The notes beneath the pieces are model-generated. The model ran no database searches, was not told where the DNA came from, and saw only the letters and a list, made by a program, of their open reading frames with translations. Made by a program: the position numbers and the translations under genes. A stretch of 63,703 nucleotides of DNA, filler included, from Vannella sp. (taxonomy: Eukaryota), in NCBI GenBank assembly GCA_023345925.1. It is 4 parts of 4 records of this genome, joined end to end, with 100 filler letters (N's around TTAATTAATTAA, not from the genome) between each part and the next. Parts side by side here need not be neighbours in the genome. Positions count along the whole stretch, not along the records: positions 58,238 to 63,703 come from JAJQQN010000292.1; 3 more parts are not named here. One strand, written 5' to 3'. Of the stretch, positions 62,460-63,703 are shown one piece after another. Each line of letters begins with the position of its first letter. Within the stretch, counting starts at the first letter, position 1.

Positions 62460-63545
62460 ATGAACCTGTTGAGGAAGAAGTCTCCCGAAGGAGATGGTGG
62501 GGAGGCACCTAAAACAGACAAAAAAGCAAGTGCGGGACACCGTAGAGTGTTTACGCGCTCCTCGCAGTACTTTGCGCACATGACCGTGAAGATTCTTCGA
62601 GCTGATGACATCCCGGGGAAGAAGTCTATCACTCCCTACGTTCAAGTCTACCTTGGCAGGTGAGATAGATACAATGTGGTTTCTTCTGCTTGTCTCACAT
62701 ACCTCAGTGCTGCCTTTGCGACAAAGAAGAAGAAGGGAACCACCGCGGAGTGGAACGAAGAGTTTGAGAGTGATGTGGACCGAGACGATCTCATCTCCTT
62801 TAAGATATGGGACATGGGAAAGATTGAACGGAACGTTGATGTCTCGCGACGCTTGGAGCCTGCCAGCAAGAAGAAGATGAATGTCAAAGAGTTTGCCCGA
62901 GAAGGACCCATCGTCAAGGAGCTCCAAGAGCTCGATATGATAGGAGGAGGTAAACTCTTCGTTGAGATCTCACTCACTATCAAGATCCCCGTGCCTGGGG
63001 AGGTACACACAAAGACTTTCAGCTATCCTTCGTGGATGACCGATCGATACGGCGTCAACCAGATCCCTCCTGATCTCGACTCTATTCGTACAGGATGGAC
63101 CACCCTTGCACGTTATACGTCGCGTTGGTTGCTGAGCCAACGCGCGATCCAGGCCAGCCTAAACAACGATGAGGATGAGGACGAAGCGCCCGTCTCCCCC
63201 AGAGACGGCGAGCCACAGGACATCCCTGAAGGGCTCCAGTTCACCCTGGTTGATATAAGTGCATGTGCACATGACAAAGCCCATCAACTGGTCATCACCT
63301 ACACCTGGAAGCAGAAGGATCCAGAGAAAGCCGAGGACGATCTCTTCGTCCGTCCGAAGATTCTCACCTCCAAACTCTTCAGCATTGAGACCACATTGCA
63401 TAAGAAGAAGCTGTACGATGGCAAAGGCCAGGGTCAGGGCACCTACCAGGATGCCTTTGAGAAGATCACCAAACTAACCGATGAAATCGTCACCAGAGGT
63501 ACGTTCCCTCGACTAGAGAGAGCTCCCATACATCGAGAGAACTAA
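62460..63545 (+). CDS. C2 domain-containing protein
   Basis: TVKILRADDIP..TPYVQVYLG..T....GTTAEWNEEF..FKIWD. One intron at about 62659-62707. Confidence 0.7.
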
Positions 63546-63703
63546 CAAAAGCGTGATTAGCTCAAGAGTGGACCAAAGAGAATCCGGACAACGAAGTCTT
63601 CAAGTTCATTCCCGTCAGCACTCCCCAAAGCGCGCACGTGCTGATTTGGTATTACAAATAAGTTGGCAATAAAGGCGAGAAGAATCATCTGGCTGAAGGA
63701 GAC

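Overview
Eukaryotic, very gene-dense nuclear DNA (about 50% GC, many 41-62 nt spliceosomal introns), most likely from an amoebozoan protist. This is inferred from ROCO kinases with an HRDLRSPN catalytic loop, a Costars domain and a large RasGEF. The window is four contigs (1-31132, 31233-40654, 40755-58137, 58238-63703) joined by artificial 100-nt N44-TTAATTAATTAA-N44 spacers, so adjacency across spacers means nothing. About 26 protein genes can be read: housekeeping genes (LysRS, IleRS, RPB2, PRPS, importin-alpha, TRAP-alpha, Rab14, VTA1, ERGIC3, UCH, NOA1, myotubularin, CLC, S10/S28 peptidases) plus signalling or defence-type genes. Most notable: (1) two tandem LRRK-like ANK-LRR-Roc-COR-kinase-WD40 genes with altered GTPase motifs; (2) an intronless RING-Bbox-Bbox-coiled-coil-SPRY TRIM protein; (3) a RasGEF preceded by an array of ubiquitin-like/talin-F0-F1-like modules; (4) an RGG-Costars-LIM fusion; (5) a single-pass GPS/GAIN protein; (6) a dispersed non-coding repeat family with inverted repeats near contig ends; (7) telo-box-like promoter motifs; (8) splicing oddities, namely RAG acceptors, a GC-AG intron and an ATG apparently split by an intron. 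No prokaryotic system, CRISPR array, rRNA or tRNA was found. Exon boundaries were inferred by eye and no database searches were run.
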